From Candidatus Adlerbacteria bacterium (GTDB lineage Bacteria; Patescibacteriota; Minisyncoccia; Phycocordibacterales; SBAW01): a DNA stretch of 33,127 nucleotides. The position numbers and the translations under genes were made by a program. The stretch spans positions 1-33,127 of the forward strand of contig CAIWUA010000047.1 in the NCBI GenBank assembly GCA_903915735.1, written 5' to 3'. Below the pieces are notes generated by a model, which was not told the origin of the DNA, did not search any database, and worked only from the letters and a program-made list of their open reading frames with translations. Of the stretch, positions 18,693-27,743 are shown piece by piece. Position 1 is the first letter of the stretch, and every line of letters begins with the position of its first letter.

Positions 18693-19634
18693 ATGGACAC
18701 ACCTAAGACAACCCCTAAGGACTTCTTTCTTTGGGCAGGGGCGATGGTCTCTTTATACGCGGGCGTGATCGCGTTTTTGGCGCTTATATTCGATTATTTA
18801 AACTACGTCTTCCCCGATACGGCGCTTACCTACTATGTCGACCCCTACCAGGGGAGTGTGGCGTATGAGATGGCGACGCTTATTGTGCTGGCACCTGTCT
18901 TCCTTATACTCATGCGGGTTATCCGCCGCGCCATTGCCGCCGACCCCACCCGCAACGAGGTGTGGGTGCGCCGTTGGGGACTCTTTTTGACCGTTTTCTT
19001 TGCGGGGGCGGTTATCGTTGTCGACCTTATCGTGCTTATCTACAGCTTCCTTTCGGGCGAGGAGATAGGCATCCGCTTTTTGCTCAAAGTTGCGGTCGTG
19101 CTGCTGGTGGCATCGGCGGGCTTTATGCACTTTATGGCCGACCTGTGGGGCTATTGGCAAAAAAATCCCAGTTATGCCCGCTATGTTAATTGGGCCACTG
19201 CGTTGCTGGTGGTGCTTACCATCGGCTCGGGCTTTGTAATCATCGGCACGCCGCAAAGTCAGCGTGCGCTGCGCCTCGACCAGCAGCGCGTCAGCGACCT
19301 GCAGTCGATACAGTCACAAATAGTCTACTACTGGCAGCAAAAAGCATCTTTGCCGGCACAGTTGAGTGACCTAAACGATTCGTTGTCTTACTTTACGATA
19401 CCGGTCGACCCCGAGACCAAAGCGGCTTATGTCTACAAGCGCCAAAGTCCGCTCGACTTTAGCATCTGCGCGACCTTTGGCGCCGCGGGCACCGACCAAT
19501 ATGGCAGCCCCGTCGCCCGCCCAGTCGCCTACGGCGCCCCTGCCGACAAATGGGGGCACGCGGCCGGAGAAGTATGCTTTGACCGCTCAATAGACCCCAA
19601 GCTCTACCCGCCGGCTCCTACAAAAGGGCTCTAG
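18693..19634 (+). CDS. DUF5671-like membrane protein with pilin-like C-terminal domain
   Basis: TPKDFFL start, ~5 TM helices, R..R.D..R.SDL..I...I..Y......LP..L..L, DP.T...Y.Y and F.ICA.F motifs. Start at 18693 follows TGaTATACT. Confidence 0.8.
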   Translation: MDTPKTTPKDFFLWAGAMVSLYAGVIAFLALIFDYLNYVFPDTALTYYVDPYQGSVAYEMATLIVLAPVFLILMRVIRRAIAADPTRNEVWVRRWGLFLTVFFAGAVIVVDLIVLIYSFLSGEEIGIRFLLKVAVVLLVASAGFMHFMADLWGYWQKNPSYARYVNWATALLVVLTIGSGFVIIGTPQSQRALRLDQQRVSDLQSIQSQIVYYWQQKASLPAQLSDLNDSLSYFTIPVDPETKAAYVYKRQSPLDFSICATFGAAGTDQYGSPVARPVAYGAPADKWGHAAGEVCFDRSIDPKLYPPAPTKGL

Positions 19635-19653
19635 TGTGGTATGGTATTTCTGA

Positions 19654-21939
19654 ATGGCTTCAGAATACGACTACAAAAAAATAGAGAAAAAGTGGCAGGA
19701 CACATGGGCTGCTTCTAGCGCCTTTAAAGCCAGCGACGACTCGTCTAAACCTAAAACGTACGTGCTCGACATGTTCCCGTACCCGTCGGGCGAGGGGCTG
19801 CACGTGGGGCACCCCAAGGGCTATATAGCGACCGATATTTACAGCCGCCACATGCGCATGCGCGGCCACAACGTGCTGCACCCCATGGGCTGGGACGCCT
19901 TTGGCCTGCCGGCCGAAAACTTTGCGCTTAAGAACAAAATCCATCCCCGCGCCGCGGTCGAGCAAAACATCGCCAACTTTAAAGAGCAGCTGGCGCACAT
20001 AGGCTTTGACTACGACTGGTCGCGCGAAGTAAATACCACCGACCCTGCGTTTTACAAATGGACGCAGTGGATATTTTTGCAAATGTTTAAAAAGGGTTTG
20101 GCGTACCAAAGCAACGAGCCCATCAACTGGTGTCCGTCGTGCATGACTGGCCTTGCCAACGAAGATTTAGACGGCGATGTGTGCGAGCGCTGCGGCACCA
20201 AGGTCGAGAAAAAGAGTTTGCCGCAGTGGGTGCTCAAAATCACCAACTATGCCGACCGCATGCTCCAAGATTTGGACGCGCTGCAGTGGCCCGAGTATAT
20301 AAAGGAAGCCCAGCGCAACTGGATAGGAAAATCTGAGGGGGCAGAACTAGAATTTTCAATTTCCAATTCTCAATTTTCAATTAAGGTGTTTACGACGCGG
20401 CCGGATACGCTGTTTGGTGCGACGTACATGGTGTTGGCGCCCGAGCACCCACTTGTCGCTCAGTTACAAATAGAAAATCGCGCCGAAGTTGATTCGTACG
20501 TCGTCGCCTCAAAAGCCAAGACCGAGATAGAGCGCGGCGCGGCTAAAGACAAGACAGGTGTTGAGTTAAAGGGGATTAAGGCAATAAATCCGGCCAACAA
20601 AGAAGAGATTCCCGTCTTTGTCGCCGACTACGTGCTGTGGGGTTATGGCACCGGCGCGATTATGGCCGTTCCCGCGCACGACGAGCGCGACTTTGAGTTT
20701 GCCAAAAAGTTTAACTTGCCCGTGCGCGAGATAGAGCTCGAAGATTCTAAAAAGATTGTCGAAAAAGTTGGCGGTACCTGGACAGTTAACTACAAACTCA
20801 AAGACTGGGTGTTTAGCCGGCAGCGCTATTGGGGCGAGCCTATCCCTATTATTCATTGCCCCAAAGACGGCGCTGTAGCCGTGCCCGAGGATCAGTTGCC
20901 TGTACTTTTGCCCGAAGTCGCTTCGTACGAACCGTCAGGTACCGGCGAGTCGCCCTTGGCTACCATTACCGAGTGGGTCAATACCACGTGCCCGACCTGC
21001 GGCGGCCCCGCCAAACGCGAGACCAACACCATGCCGCAATGGGCCGGCAGCAGCTGGTATTACCTGCGCTTTATGGATCCGCACAATACCGAGGCTTTGG
21101 TTGATACAAAAAAAGAAAAGTATTGGGCACCCGTGGATGTATATGTCGGCGGCGACCATGCGGTGCGGCATCTTATTTATGCGCGGTTTTGGCACAAGTT
21201 TTTGTATGACATTGGCGCCGTGAGCACCATCGAGCCTTTTGCGCGGCTCGAGTTTTTGGGCTTTATTTTGGCCGAGGACGGCCGCAAGATGAGCAAACGC
21301 TACGGCAACGTCATCGACCCGACCGATGTTGTCGTGGAGCACGGAGCGGATGTCTTTAGACTCTATGAGATGTTTATGGGTCCGTTCGAAAACACAACCG
21401 CGTGGAACCCGGCCTCGATAAGCGGCGTCGGGCGCTTTGTCGAGCGCGTGTGGAGGGTGGGGACATCCGATGTCCTTAGGACATCGGATGTCCTAGCTTT
21501 GGACACCTTACTCGAGCAGACAGTCAAAAAAGTCGGCGATGACATCGAGTCGTTTAAGTTCAACACGGCAGTGAGCCAGATGATGATACTGCTTAATGCG
21601 ATCGAAAAAGAAAAGATGATAGGCAAGGGACAGTGGCAAAAGTTCCTGAGCATCCTGTTGCCTTTTGCGCCGCACATTGCGTCCGAGTTGGCACAAGTAG
21701 CCGGCATTGATATATCAGCGTGGCCGGCAGTCGACACCGGCAAGTTGGTGGCCGACACGGTGGTTATGGGTGTGCAGGTTAACGGCAAACTCAGGGGCTC
21801 GATAGAACTCGCCCCGACTGCCTCTGAAAAAGAGGCAGTCGCAGCCGCCAAAAACGACCCCAAAATCGCCAAATGGCTGACGGGGGAGCCGACCAAGGTC
21901 GTATATGTCGCCGGCAAGATTCTTAACCTGGTCGTATAG
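19654..21939 (+). CDS. leuS: Leucine--tRNA ligase
   Basis: MFPYPSG.GLHVGH, FTTRPDT and GTGAIMAVPAHDERD (CP1 editing domain), SRQRYWG.PIP, KMSKR, VQVNGKLR. Confidence 0.97.
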   Translation: MASEYDYKKIEKKWQDTWAASSAFKASDDSSKPKTYVLDMFPYPSGEGLHVGHPKGYIATDIYSRHMRMRGHNVLHPMGWDAFGLPAENFALKNKIHPRAAVEQNIANFKEQLAHIGFDYDWSREVNTTDPAFYKWTQWIFLQMFKKGLAYQSNEPINWCPSCMTGLANEDLDGDVCERCGTKVEKKSLPQWVLKITNYADRMLQDLDALQWPEYIKEAQRNWIGKSEGAELEFSISNSQFSIKVFTTRPDTLFGATYMVLAPEHPLVAQLQIENRAEVDSYVVASKAKTEIERGAAKDKTGVELKGIKAINPANKEEIPVFVADYVLWGYGTGAIMAVPAHDERDFEFAKKFNLPVREIELEDSKKIVEKVGGTWTVNYKLKDWVFSRQRYWGEPIPIIHCPKDGAVAVPEDQLPVLLPEVASYEPSGTGESPLATITEWVNTTCPTCGGPAKRETNTMPQWAGSSWYYLRFMDPHNTEALVDTKKEKYWAPVDVYVGGDHAVRHLIYARFWHKFLYDIGAVSTIEPFARLEFLGFILAEDGRKMSKRYGNVIDPTDVVVEHGADVFRLYEMFMGPFENTTAWNPASISGVGRFVERVWRVGTSDVLRTSDVLALDTLLEQTVKKVGDDIESFKFNTAVSQMMILLNAIEKEKMIGKGQWQKFLSILLPFAPHIASELAQVAGIDISAWPAVDTGKLVADTVVMGVQVNGKLRGSIELAPTASEKEAVAAAKNDPKIAKWLTGEPTKVVYVAGKILNLVV
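20353..20380 (-). repeat. Heptamer tandem array (TTTTCAA)x4 inside leuS
   Basis: TTTTCAA TTTCCAA TTCTCAA TTTTCAA, encoding FSISNSQFS. Confidence 0.85.
21461..21495. repeat. Palindromic element GGACATC-S-GATGTCC, copies 3 and 4 (tandem, inside leuS)
   Basis: GGACATCCGATGTCC-tta-GGACATCGGATGTCC-ta, 18-bp period, encodes GTSDVLRTSDVL. Confidence 0.95.
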
Positions 21940-21948
21940 TCGGTCAGT

Positions 21949-21979
21949 TTGACATTAAAAGTAGGGCGTGATATACAAT
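21949..21979 (+). promoter_or_regulatory. Putative sigma70 promoter, likely leaderless transcript
   Basis: TTGACA at 21949-21954; TGATATACAAT ending 7 nt before ATG 21987. Confidence 0.6.
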
Positions 21980-21986
21980 ACCACAC

Positions 21987-23033
21987 ATGGTAACCCAAAC
22001 AGCGGACAAAACAGGCTTTAAACCCAAGGCAATTGTTAAGCGTCTTATGGTCGCTCTCCCCGAGCGCTCGCGCGCCGTGCTCGAGGCGCGTTTTGGCCTT
22101 GGTACTAATACCGAAAAGGTCACTTTAGAGGCTATCGGCAAGCGCTACGGCATCACCCGCGAGCGTGTCCGCCAGATAGAGAACCACGCTTTGGCGAGCC
22201 TCAAAAAGTCGCCTGCTTTCGAGTCGGCCGACGCGGCCTTTCACGAGCTTGAGCGTATTATCGACAGCCTTGGCGGCATTGTCTGCGAGGACGACCTGCT
22301 CAACTTTATGACCAAGGACAAGTCGATGCAAAACCACATCTACTTCCTCCTGGTGCTTGGCGACCCGTTTAAATACCGCAAAGAGGATGACGAGGTCAAC
22401 CGCTGCTGGTATGTCGACCCCGAGTTGGCCGGCAAGGTTGAGGATGCGCTTAAGCGCCTCTACGGTGGCCTGAGCGACGAGGATTTGATCCCCGAGGGCG
22501 AGATGATAGACCGTTTTCTTAAAGAGCTCCAGACCATCAACGACAAGCACCGCAACGACGAGGTGCTCAAGCGCTGGCTCTCGATCTCTAAAAACATCGG
22601 CAAAAACCCGCTCGGCGAGTGGGGTCAGGCCAGCTCGCAAAACGTTAAGACCAAGGGCGTGCGCGACTATGCCTACTTGGCGGTTAAAAAGCACGGCTCT
22701 CCGCTGCACTTCCGCGAGGTGGCCAACATGATTGAAAAGACCTTTGACCGCAAGGCGCACGTCGCCACCACCCACAACGAGCTTATTAAAGACCCGCGCT
22801 TTGTGTTGGTGGGCCGCGGCATGTACGCGCTGCGCGAGTGGGGGTACACCCAAGGTGTCGTGCGCGACGTCATCCGCGAGGTCCTGCGCCAGAGCGGCCC
22901 GTTGACCAAAGACCAAATAATCGAAAAAGTGCTCAAAGAGCGCCACGTCAAGCCGGGCACGATAGTGGTCAACCTCCAAAATCAAAAATACTTTAAGCGC
23001 GGCAAAGACAGCAAATTTACCCTCGTCAAGTAA
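21987..23033 (+). CDS. Sigma70 region-4 HTH protein with C-terminal HARE-HTH-like domains
   Basis: RFGL....TLE.IG..YGITRERVRQIE..AL (sigma R4); PLHFREVA...HNELIKDPRFVLVGRGMYALREWG. No sigma region 2 visible. Confidence 0.85.
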   Translation: MVTQTADKTGFKPKAIVKRLMVALPERSRAVLEARFGLGTNTEKVTLEAIGKRYGITRERVRQIENHALASLKKSPAFESADAAFHELERIIDSLGGIVCEDDLLNFMTKDKSMQNHIYFLLVLGDPFKYRKEDDEVNRCWYVDPELAGKVEDALKRLYGGLSDEDLIPEGEMIDRFLKELQTINDKHRNDEVLKRWLSISKNIGKNPLGEWGQASSQNVKTKGVRDYAYLAVKKHGSPLHFREVANMIEKTFDRKAHVATTHNELIKDPRFVLVGRGMYALREWGYTQGVVRDVIREVLRQSGPLTKDQIIEKVLKERHVKPGTIVVNLQNQKYFKRGKDSKFTLVK

Positions 23034-23034
23034 C

Positions 23035-23060
23035 AAAAAACTCCCGAAAGGGAGTTTTTT
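23035..23060. terminator. Bidirectional intrinsic terminator
   Basis: AAAAAACTCCC-GAAA-GGGAGTTTTTT between convergent genes. Confidence 0.9.
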
Positions 23061-23406
23061 AATGCCCGCCGCCTCCACTTTTGCCGGAGGCTAGGCCCCT
23101 CAGCCACGGTATCCACAGGGGAGTAAGTAAAAAGAGTGAGAGCCACAGGTAGGTGAGCGGTACTTGGCCCAAGATGACGCGCAGCACCTCCCACAGGCCA
23201 AGCACAACCATGCACACCAAGAGGCCCCAGACCGCGCGGCCGCGCGCATGGGCCATGTGGTGGTCGTCCTCGCCATAGGTAAACACGTGCCTAAAGCCGC
23301 TGCCAAAGCCCGCCATAAACAACAGCACCCCAAGCGCGCCTAAAAAGGCAAACAGATACTCGAGGTAGCGCAGCGGGTCGTGGTACAACGCCGTGAGGAA
23401 GTCCAT
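23059..23406 (-). CDS. TrbC/VirB2-like (T4SS pilin-like) membrane protein
   Basis: TM, then GF.....GE......AR....WGL.......LW, then TM: the pilin-like pattern. Confidence 0.65.
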   Translation of the reverse strand: MDFLTALYHDPLRYLEYLFAFLGALGVLLFMAGFGSGFRHVFTYGEDDHHMAHARGRAVWGLLVCMVVLGLWEVLRVILGQVPLTYLWLSLFLLTPLWIPWLRGLASGKSGGGGH

Positions 23407-23412
23407 AAAATA

Positions 23413-23424
23413 TATTGTACAATA
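23413..23424. promoter_or_regulatory. Putative bidirectional -10 element (palindrome TATTGTACAATA)
   Basis: TACAAT on both strands, 8 nt from ATG 23432 and 7 nt from ATG 23406, in a 25-bp divergent gap. Confidence 0.6.
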
Positions 23425-23431
23425 GAAATTA

Positions 23432-24808
23432 ATGTTCTTGCATCACGAAGCCGAAGGGATAGACAAGTGGCTTGGCGGATGGGGTATCGAAACCATCATT
23501 GTCGCGCCGGTTGCCATGCTCATATTCGCCTTTGTGGCGATGGGGTACGACCCGGATGCCGTGTCGGCGACCTTTGCCGCGTTTGTGGCCACCTCGCCGG
23601 TGTGGTTGCCGCTCGTGCTCTTTATTATGTTTTGGAGGCGCTGGATGCACTACATCCGTTTTGCGTTTTGGTTTACCCAGCCGATGGTGTTGCTGCACAT
23701 CGAGCTGCCCGCCGAGGTACAAAAGACCCCGCTCGCTATCGAGCTGGTGCTGACAGCACTTTTTAATAGCGGCGGCGAGACCACGTTTATCGCCCGTATT
23801 TGGGAGGGCAAGTTTCGCGCGGTGACCACGCTCGAGATAGCCTCGACCGGCGGCCGCATTGGTTACTATGTGCACCTGCGCCGCGCTTGGAAGGATGTTT
23901 TTGAGGCGCGGCTCTACGGCCAGTTCCCCGAGGCGCAGATTACCGAGGTCGACGACTATGTGACCGCGCTTGGGTATCACCCGAGCACCCACGAGCTGTG
24001 GGGGACCGAGTACAAAAAAAGCTCGCCCGACGCAGTACCTATCCGAAACTATATAGACTGGGGGCTCGACAAAGACCCGGACAAACCCGAAAAGCAGATA
24101 GACCCGCTCACGAGCATACTCGAACTCTTTTCGGTGTTAGGGCCCGACGAGCACATGTGGTTTCAGATAGTGATGAAGGCTCGCAAAAAGGACGAGTGGT
24201 ACGGCTTTTATAAAAAAACCGACAGCTACGTCGAGGGCGGCAAGAAAGCGATTGAGGATATATTTAAAGAGGCGGTCGCGCGCGCTCAGTCGCGGGTTAA
24301 AGACGAACAACAAAAAGAGGCTGCTGCCGGCCGCGGTGTGCAGCTGCTGTCCCAGCCCGAAAAGGATCGCGTCGAGGCTATCGAGCGCAACTTTAGTAAA
24401 CTCATTTTCGAATGCGGTTTTCGCGTTATGTATATAGCCAAAAAAGACAAGTTTGACGGCGCTAAAATAGGCACGATTATCAACTTTTTTGTACCGTTTC
24501 GGTATCCTAACTACAACGCGCTCGGTGTCACGCGCGGCATGCAGATATTTGACTATCCGTGGCAGGACTACAAAGGCATCCGCCGGCGGATGATACAGCG
24601 GCGTATGTTCTTTTGGCACAAGCATCGCGCCTACTTTTATGTCCCGTACGACCAGGTGCCCGTTATGATGACTACCGAGGAGCTGGCCACGCTGTGGCAC
24701 TTCCCAAGCTCGGTAGTTAAGACCCCGGGGTTGGTGCGCGTGGCAAGCCGCGTAGGCGAGGCGCCTCCCAACTTGCCCACCTCGCGCGATGCTTTGCAAG
24801 GCAAATGA
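23432..24808 (+). CDS. Conserved membrane-anchored hypothetical protein (resembles the N-terminal region of CPR T4SS coupling-type proteins)
   Basis: LEIAS, LYGQFPEAQITEVDDY, PIRNY, IDPL and EELATLWHFP motifs; two N-terminal TM helices; no Walker motif. Confidence 0.75.
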   Translation: MFLHHEAEGIDKWLGGWGIETIIVAPVAMLIFAFVAMGYDPDAVSATFAAFVATSPVWLPLVLFIMFWRRWMHYIRFAFWFTQPMVLLHIELPAEVQKTPLAIELVLTALFNSGGETTFIARIWEGKFRAVTTLEIASTGGRIGYYVHLRRAWKDVFEARLYGQFPEAQITEVDDYVTALGYHPSTHELWGTEYKKSSPDAVPIRNYIDWGLDKDPDKPEKQIDPLTSILELFSVLGPDEHMWFQIVMKARKKDEWYGFYKKTDSYVEGGKKAIEDIFKEAVARAQSRVKDEQQKEAAAGRGVQLLSQPEKDRVEAIERNFSKLIFECGFRVMYIAKKDKFDGAKIGTIINFFVPFRYPNYNALGVTRGMQIFDYPWQDYKGIRRRMIQRRMFFWHKHRAYFYVPYDQVPVMMTTEELATLWHFPSSVVKTPGLVRVASRVGEAPPNLPTSRDALQGK

Positions 24809-25833
24809 ACATCCCAAAATTAAAGCCAGGGTCGCATGTATTCCGCAGCACGGCCGTGTGTGACGAAAACTGCTGGGAGTGCCGCGCCTATGACCGCTTG
24901 CTGCCGCTGGCCTTTTTAGGCGGCGTTTTGCTGTATCTTATTTACTTTTTGACGCTCGGTGCGCCGATAGACTTCCCCATAGGGGCGTACGTGCGTGTTA
25001 AAGACGGCCAAACGCTGGGGCAGGTGGGCGAGCAGCTCAAAGCCAAACATCTTATCCGGTCGGTCGCTATTTTTGAGGGGTTGGTGCGGCTCATTGGCAA
25101 TGACAAAAAGATATATGCGGGTGAGTACTTTTTTTCGGGCAAAGAGAGCGGTTGGCGCGTGGCCGAGCGGCTCGCGTTTGGCGACTTTGAGTTGACGCCT
25201 ATACGCATGGTCTTTTATGAGGGGCTGACCGCTAAAGACATGGCCTCCTTGTTAGCTAAAAAAATACCCGACTTTGACGCCAACGCATTTTTTGCTGCCG
25301 GGCAACCCAAAGAGGGGTACCTGTTCCCCGACACCTACTTTGTCGTACCGGGCGAGGACCCGCTGCTGTTGCTGCGCTCGATGCAAAATAATTTTAGTAC
25401 GCACGTATTTACCGCGTCGAGCACGATAGCCAAGTTTGGCAAGCCGCTGCCCGACATTTTGGTGATGGCGTCGCTCCTCGAGCGCGAGGCTGCCGACAGC
25501 CAGAGCCGCCGCATGATAGCGGGCATTTTGTGGCACCGTATTGCTATCGGCATGCCGCTGCAGGTCGACGCCGTCTTCCCCTACATTATTGGCAAAAACT
25601 CCTTTCAACTGACCAAAGCCGACCTCAAGGTCGACTCGCCGTACAACACCTACACGCATAAAGGCCTCCCGCCCGGCCCCATAGCCAACCCCGGGATGAG
25701 CTCAATCGTGGCGGCCGTGACACCGATAAAGTCAAACTATCTATTTTACTTGTCTGACAAACAGGGCAACTTCCATTATAGTGCCACGTATGCGGGCCAG
25801 CTCGCCAACCAGCGCAAATATCTTGGATACTAA
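24805..25833 (+). CDS. mltG: Endolytic transglycosylase MltG
   Basis: EGYLFPDTY, ASLLERE, MPLQVDA and SPYNTY..KGLPPGPIANPG. Confidence 0.95.
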   Translation: MNIPKLKPGSHVFRSTAVCDENCWECRAYDRLLPLAFLGGVLLYLIYFLTLGAPIDFPIGAYVRVKDGQTLGQVGEQLKAKHLIRSVAIFEGLVRLIGNDKKIYAGEYFFSGKESGWRVAERLAFGDFELTPIRMVFYEGLTAKDMASLLAKKIPDFDANAFFAAGQPKEGYLFPDTYFVVPGEDPLLLLRSMQNNFSTHVFTASSTIAKFGKPLPDILVMASLLEREAADSQSRRMIAGILWHRIAIGMPLQVDAVFPYIIGKNSFQLTKADLKVDSPYNTYTHKGLPPGPIANPGMSSIVAAVTPIKSNYLFYLSDKQGNFHYSATYAGQLANQRKYLGY

Positions 25834-26884
25834 AGGCAAAAAAGTGTTTGCCGGCCTCTCCGGCGGGGTAGACTCGGCCGTGTCGGCGGCTTTGCTGCAG
25901 CAGCAGGGCTACGACGTGCACGGCGTGTTTATCCGCATCGCGCTGCCGGGCTACCCGTGCTCGGCCGGTGTCGACAAAATAGACGCCATGCGCGTGGCAG
26001 CGCATCTTAAGATTTCTTTTGTCGAGATAGACATGTCCGAGGAGTATGAAAGGGAGGTGTTTAAAACCAGCATGCGCGAGTTTGCAAAGGGTCGCACCCC
26101 TAACCCCGACGCGCTATGCAATCGCGAGATAAAGTTTGGCCTTTTTTATGAGTGGGCCATGAGTGAGGGCGCCGACTTTGTTGCGACCGGCCACTACGCC
26201 CAGGTTGATAGTCGGACATCCGATGTCCGACTATTGGCCGGGGCAGATGAGAACAAAGATCAAAGCTACTTTTTGTGGATGGTACCCGAAACAAAGCTGG
26301 CCAAGACACTCTTCCCCGTTGGGGGGATAAAAAAGCCCGAGGTCCGCGCGCTGGCTAAAAAGTTTAAGCTGCCCAACGCCGAGCGCAAAGACAGCCAAGG
26401 GTTGTGCTTTTTGGGCGAGGTCTCGATAGACGACATGTTGCATCGAGAGATCGAGCTGGTGCCGGGCGACGTACTCAACGAGGCGGGCGAGGTAGTGGGC
26501 GCCCATGAGGGCGCACAGGCCTACACGCTCGGGCAGCGGCACGGCTTTACTCTTTTTAGCCAAACGCCGGACTCGGTGCCGTACTATGTGATAGAGAAAG
26601 ATGTTGAGTTTAATACTATTACCGTGTCGCCCAACAAATTTCCTACCAATGCCGCCAAGACAGAGGTCTTGCTTACTGAAACTAATTGGATAGGTGAGAT
26701 AAAAAATGGTAATTATTTTGCACGCTATCGGTATCGGCAAGAACTAATACCGGCAATCAAAGAGACTGACAACAAAATTACTTTGCTCAAGCCGCATTAC
26801 GTGCCGCTTGGGCAGTCGCTGGTGCTTTATGAGGGGGAGAGATGCTTGGGCGGTGGTATTATTGACCGCGCTATAATAAAGTAA
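25823..26884 (+). CDS. mnmA: tRNA-specific 2-thiouridylase MnmA
   Basis: SGGVDS, TPNPD..CN..IKFG, ATGHYA, KDQSYFL, KDSQGLCF and YTLGQR. Probable TTG start at 25823 overlapping the mltG end. Confidence 0.95.
   Translation: MDTKGKKVFAGLSGGVDSAVSAALLQQQGYDVHGVFIRIALPGYPCSAGVDKIDAMRVAAHLKISFVEIDMSEEYEREVFKTSMREFAKGRTPNPDALCNREIKFGLFYEWAMSEGADFVATGHYAQVDSRTSDVRLLAGADENKDQSYFLWMVPETKLAKTLFPVGGIKKPEVRALAKKFKLPNAERKDSQGLCFLGEVSIDDMLHREIELVPGDVLNEAGEVVGAHEGAQAYTLGQRHGFTLFSQTPDSVPYYVIEKDVEFNTITVSPNKFPTNAAKTEVLLTETNWIGEIKNGNYFARYRYRQELIPAIKETDNKITLLKPHYVPLGQSLVLYEGERCLGGGIIDRAIIK
26208..26234. repeat. Palindromic element GGACATC-S-GATGTCC, copy 5 (inside mnmA)
   Basis: ATAGTCGGACATC-C-GATGTCCGACTAT, 13-bp perfect arms, encodes SRTSDVRL. 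Confidence 0.95.
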
Positions 26885-26887
26885 GTC

Positions 26888-27733
26888 ATGTCTATCCTCA
26901 TAGCGAAAGCCGACGGCACCCTAGAGCCTTTTGACGAACGCAAACTGGTCTCGAGTCTTTCGCGCGCCGGTGCCGAGGCCGCCGTTGCTGCACAAATAGC
27001 GCACGACGTGAGTGTTACGCTGCAGCCGGGCACTACCACCGGCGAGATATACCGGCGCGCCTTTGCCCACTTGCGCGAGCACAAGCGCGGCATGGCGGCG
27101 CGCTACAGCCTTAAGCGCGCATTGCTCGACTTTGGTCCGTCCGGATTCCCCTTTGAGTCATATTTGGCTAAGTTGTTCGAGGTCGAGGGGTGGCACACCA
27201 AGGTCGACCAGATAGTGCAGGGGCACTGCGTCGAGCACGAGGTAGACGTCGTCATGACTAAAAAAGACGCCGATAAAGAAAAAACAACCTACGTCGAGGC
27301 AAAATTTCATAACACGGCCGGCTTTAAAACCGATCTTAAAACCGTCTTGTATGTGCAGGCGCGCATAGAGGACATTGCCGCCAACTATCCCAAAGACCCT
27401 ACGCGTACCCGGGGCATGGTCGTCACCAACACCAAATTTACCGCGCCGGCGGTGCAGTATGCCGAGTGTCGCGGGCTCGAGTTGTTGAGTTGGGAGTATC
27501 CGCGCACCAATAACCTGCACGACCGTATCGAGGCGGCCAAGCTCTACCCGGTGACGGCGCTTACCAGTTTGAGTAAACGCGACAAGACCAATTTGCTTTC
27601 GCAGCGGTTGGTGTTGTGTAATACTCTTCCGCAAGAGACGCGGGCTCTGGCGACGGCCGGCATAACCGGTAAAAAAGCCGACGCCGTGCTCGAGGAGGTG
27701 GGGTCATTGTGTATACCCGGCACCGCCGTATAA
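26888..27733 (+). CDS. ATP-cone domain plus Mrr-like restriction endonuclease domain protein
   Basis: N-terminal I.KADG..EPFD..KL..SL (ATP cone); GFPFE, HEVDV, VEAKFH and VTNTKFT (PD-(D/E)xK). Confidence 0.85.
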   Translation: MSILIAKADGTLEPFDERKLVSSLSRAGAEAAVAAQIAHDVSVTLQPGTTTGEIYRRAFAHLREHKRGMAARYSLKRALLDFGPSGFPFESYLAKLFEVEGWHTKVDQIVQGHCVEHEVDVVMTKKDADKEKTTYVEAKFHNTAGFKTDLKTVLYVQARIEDIAANYPKDPTRTRGMVVTNTKFTAPAVQYAECRGLELLSWEYPRTNNLHDRIEAAKLYPVTALTSLSKRDKTNLLSQRLVLCNTLPQETRALATAGITGKKADAVLEEVGSLCIPGTAV

Positions 27734-27743
27734 TAGGGGCATT

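Noticed and set aside
20784-20793. AGTTAACTAC in leuS matching the 2812 palindrome
   Set aside because: A short match that encodes the conserved V.Y.L.DW region; chance is sufficient.
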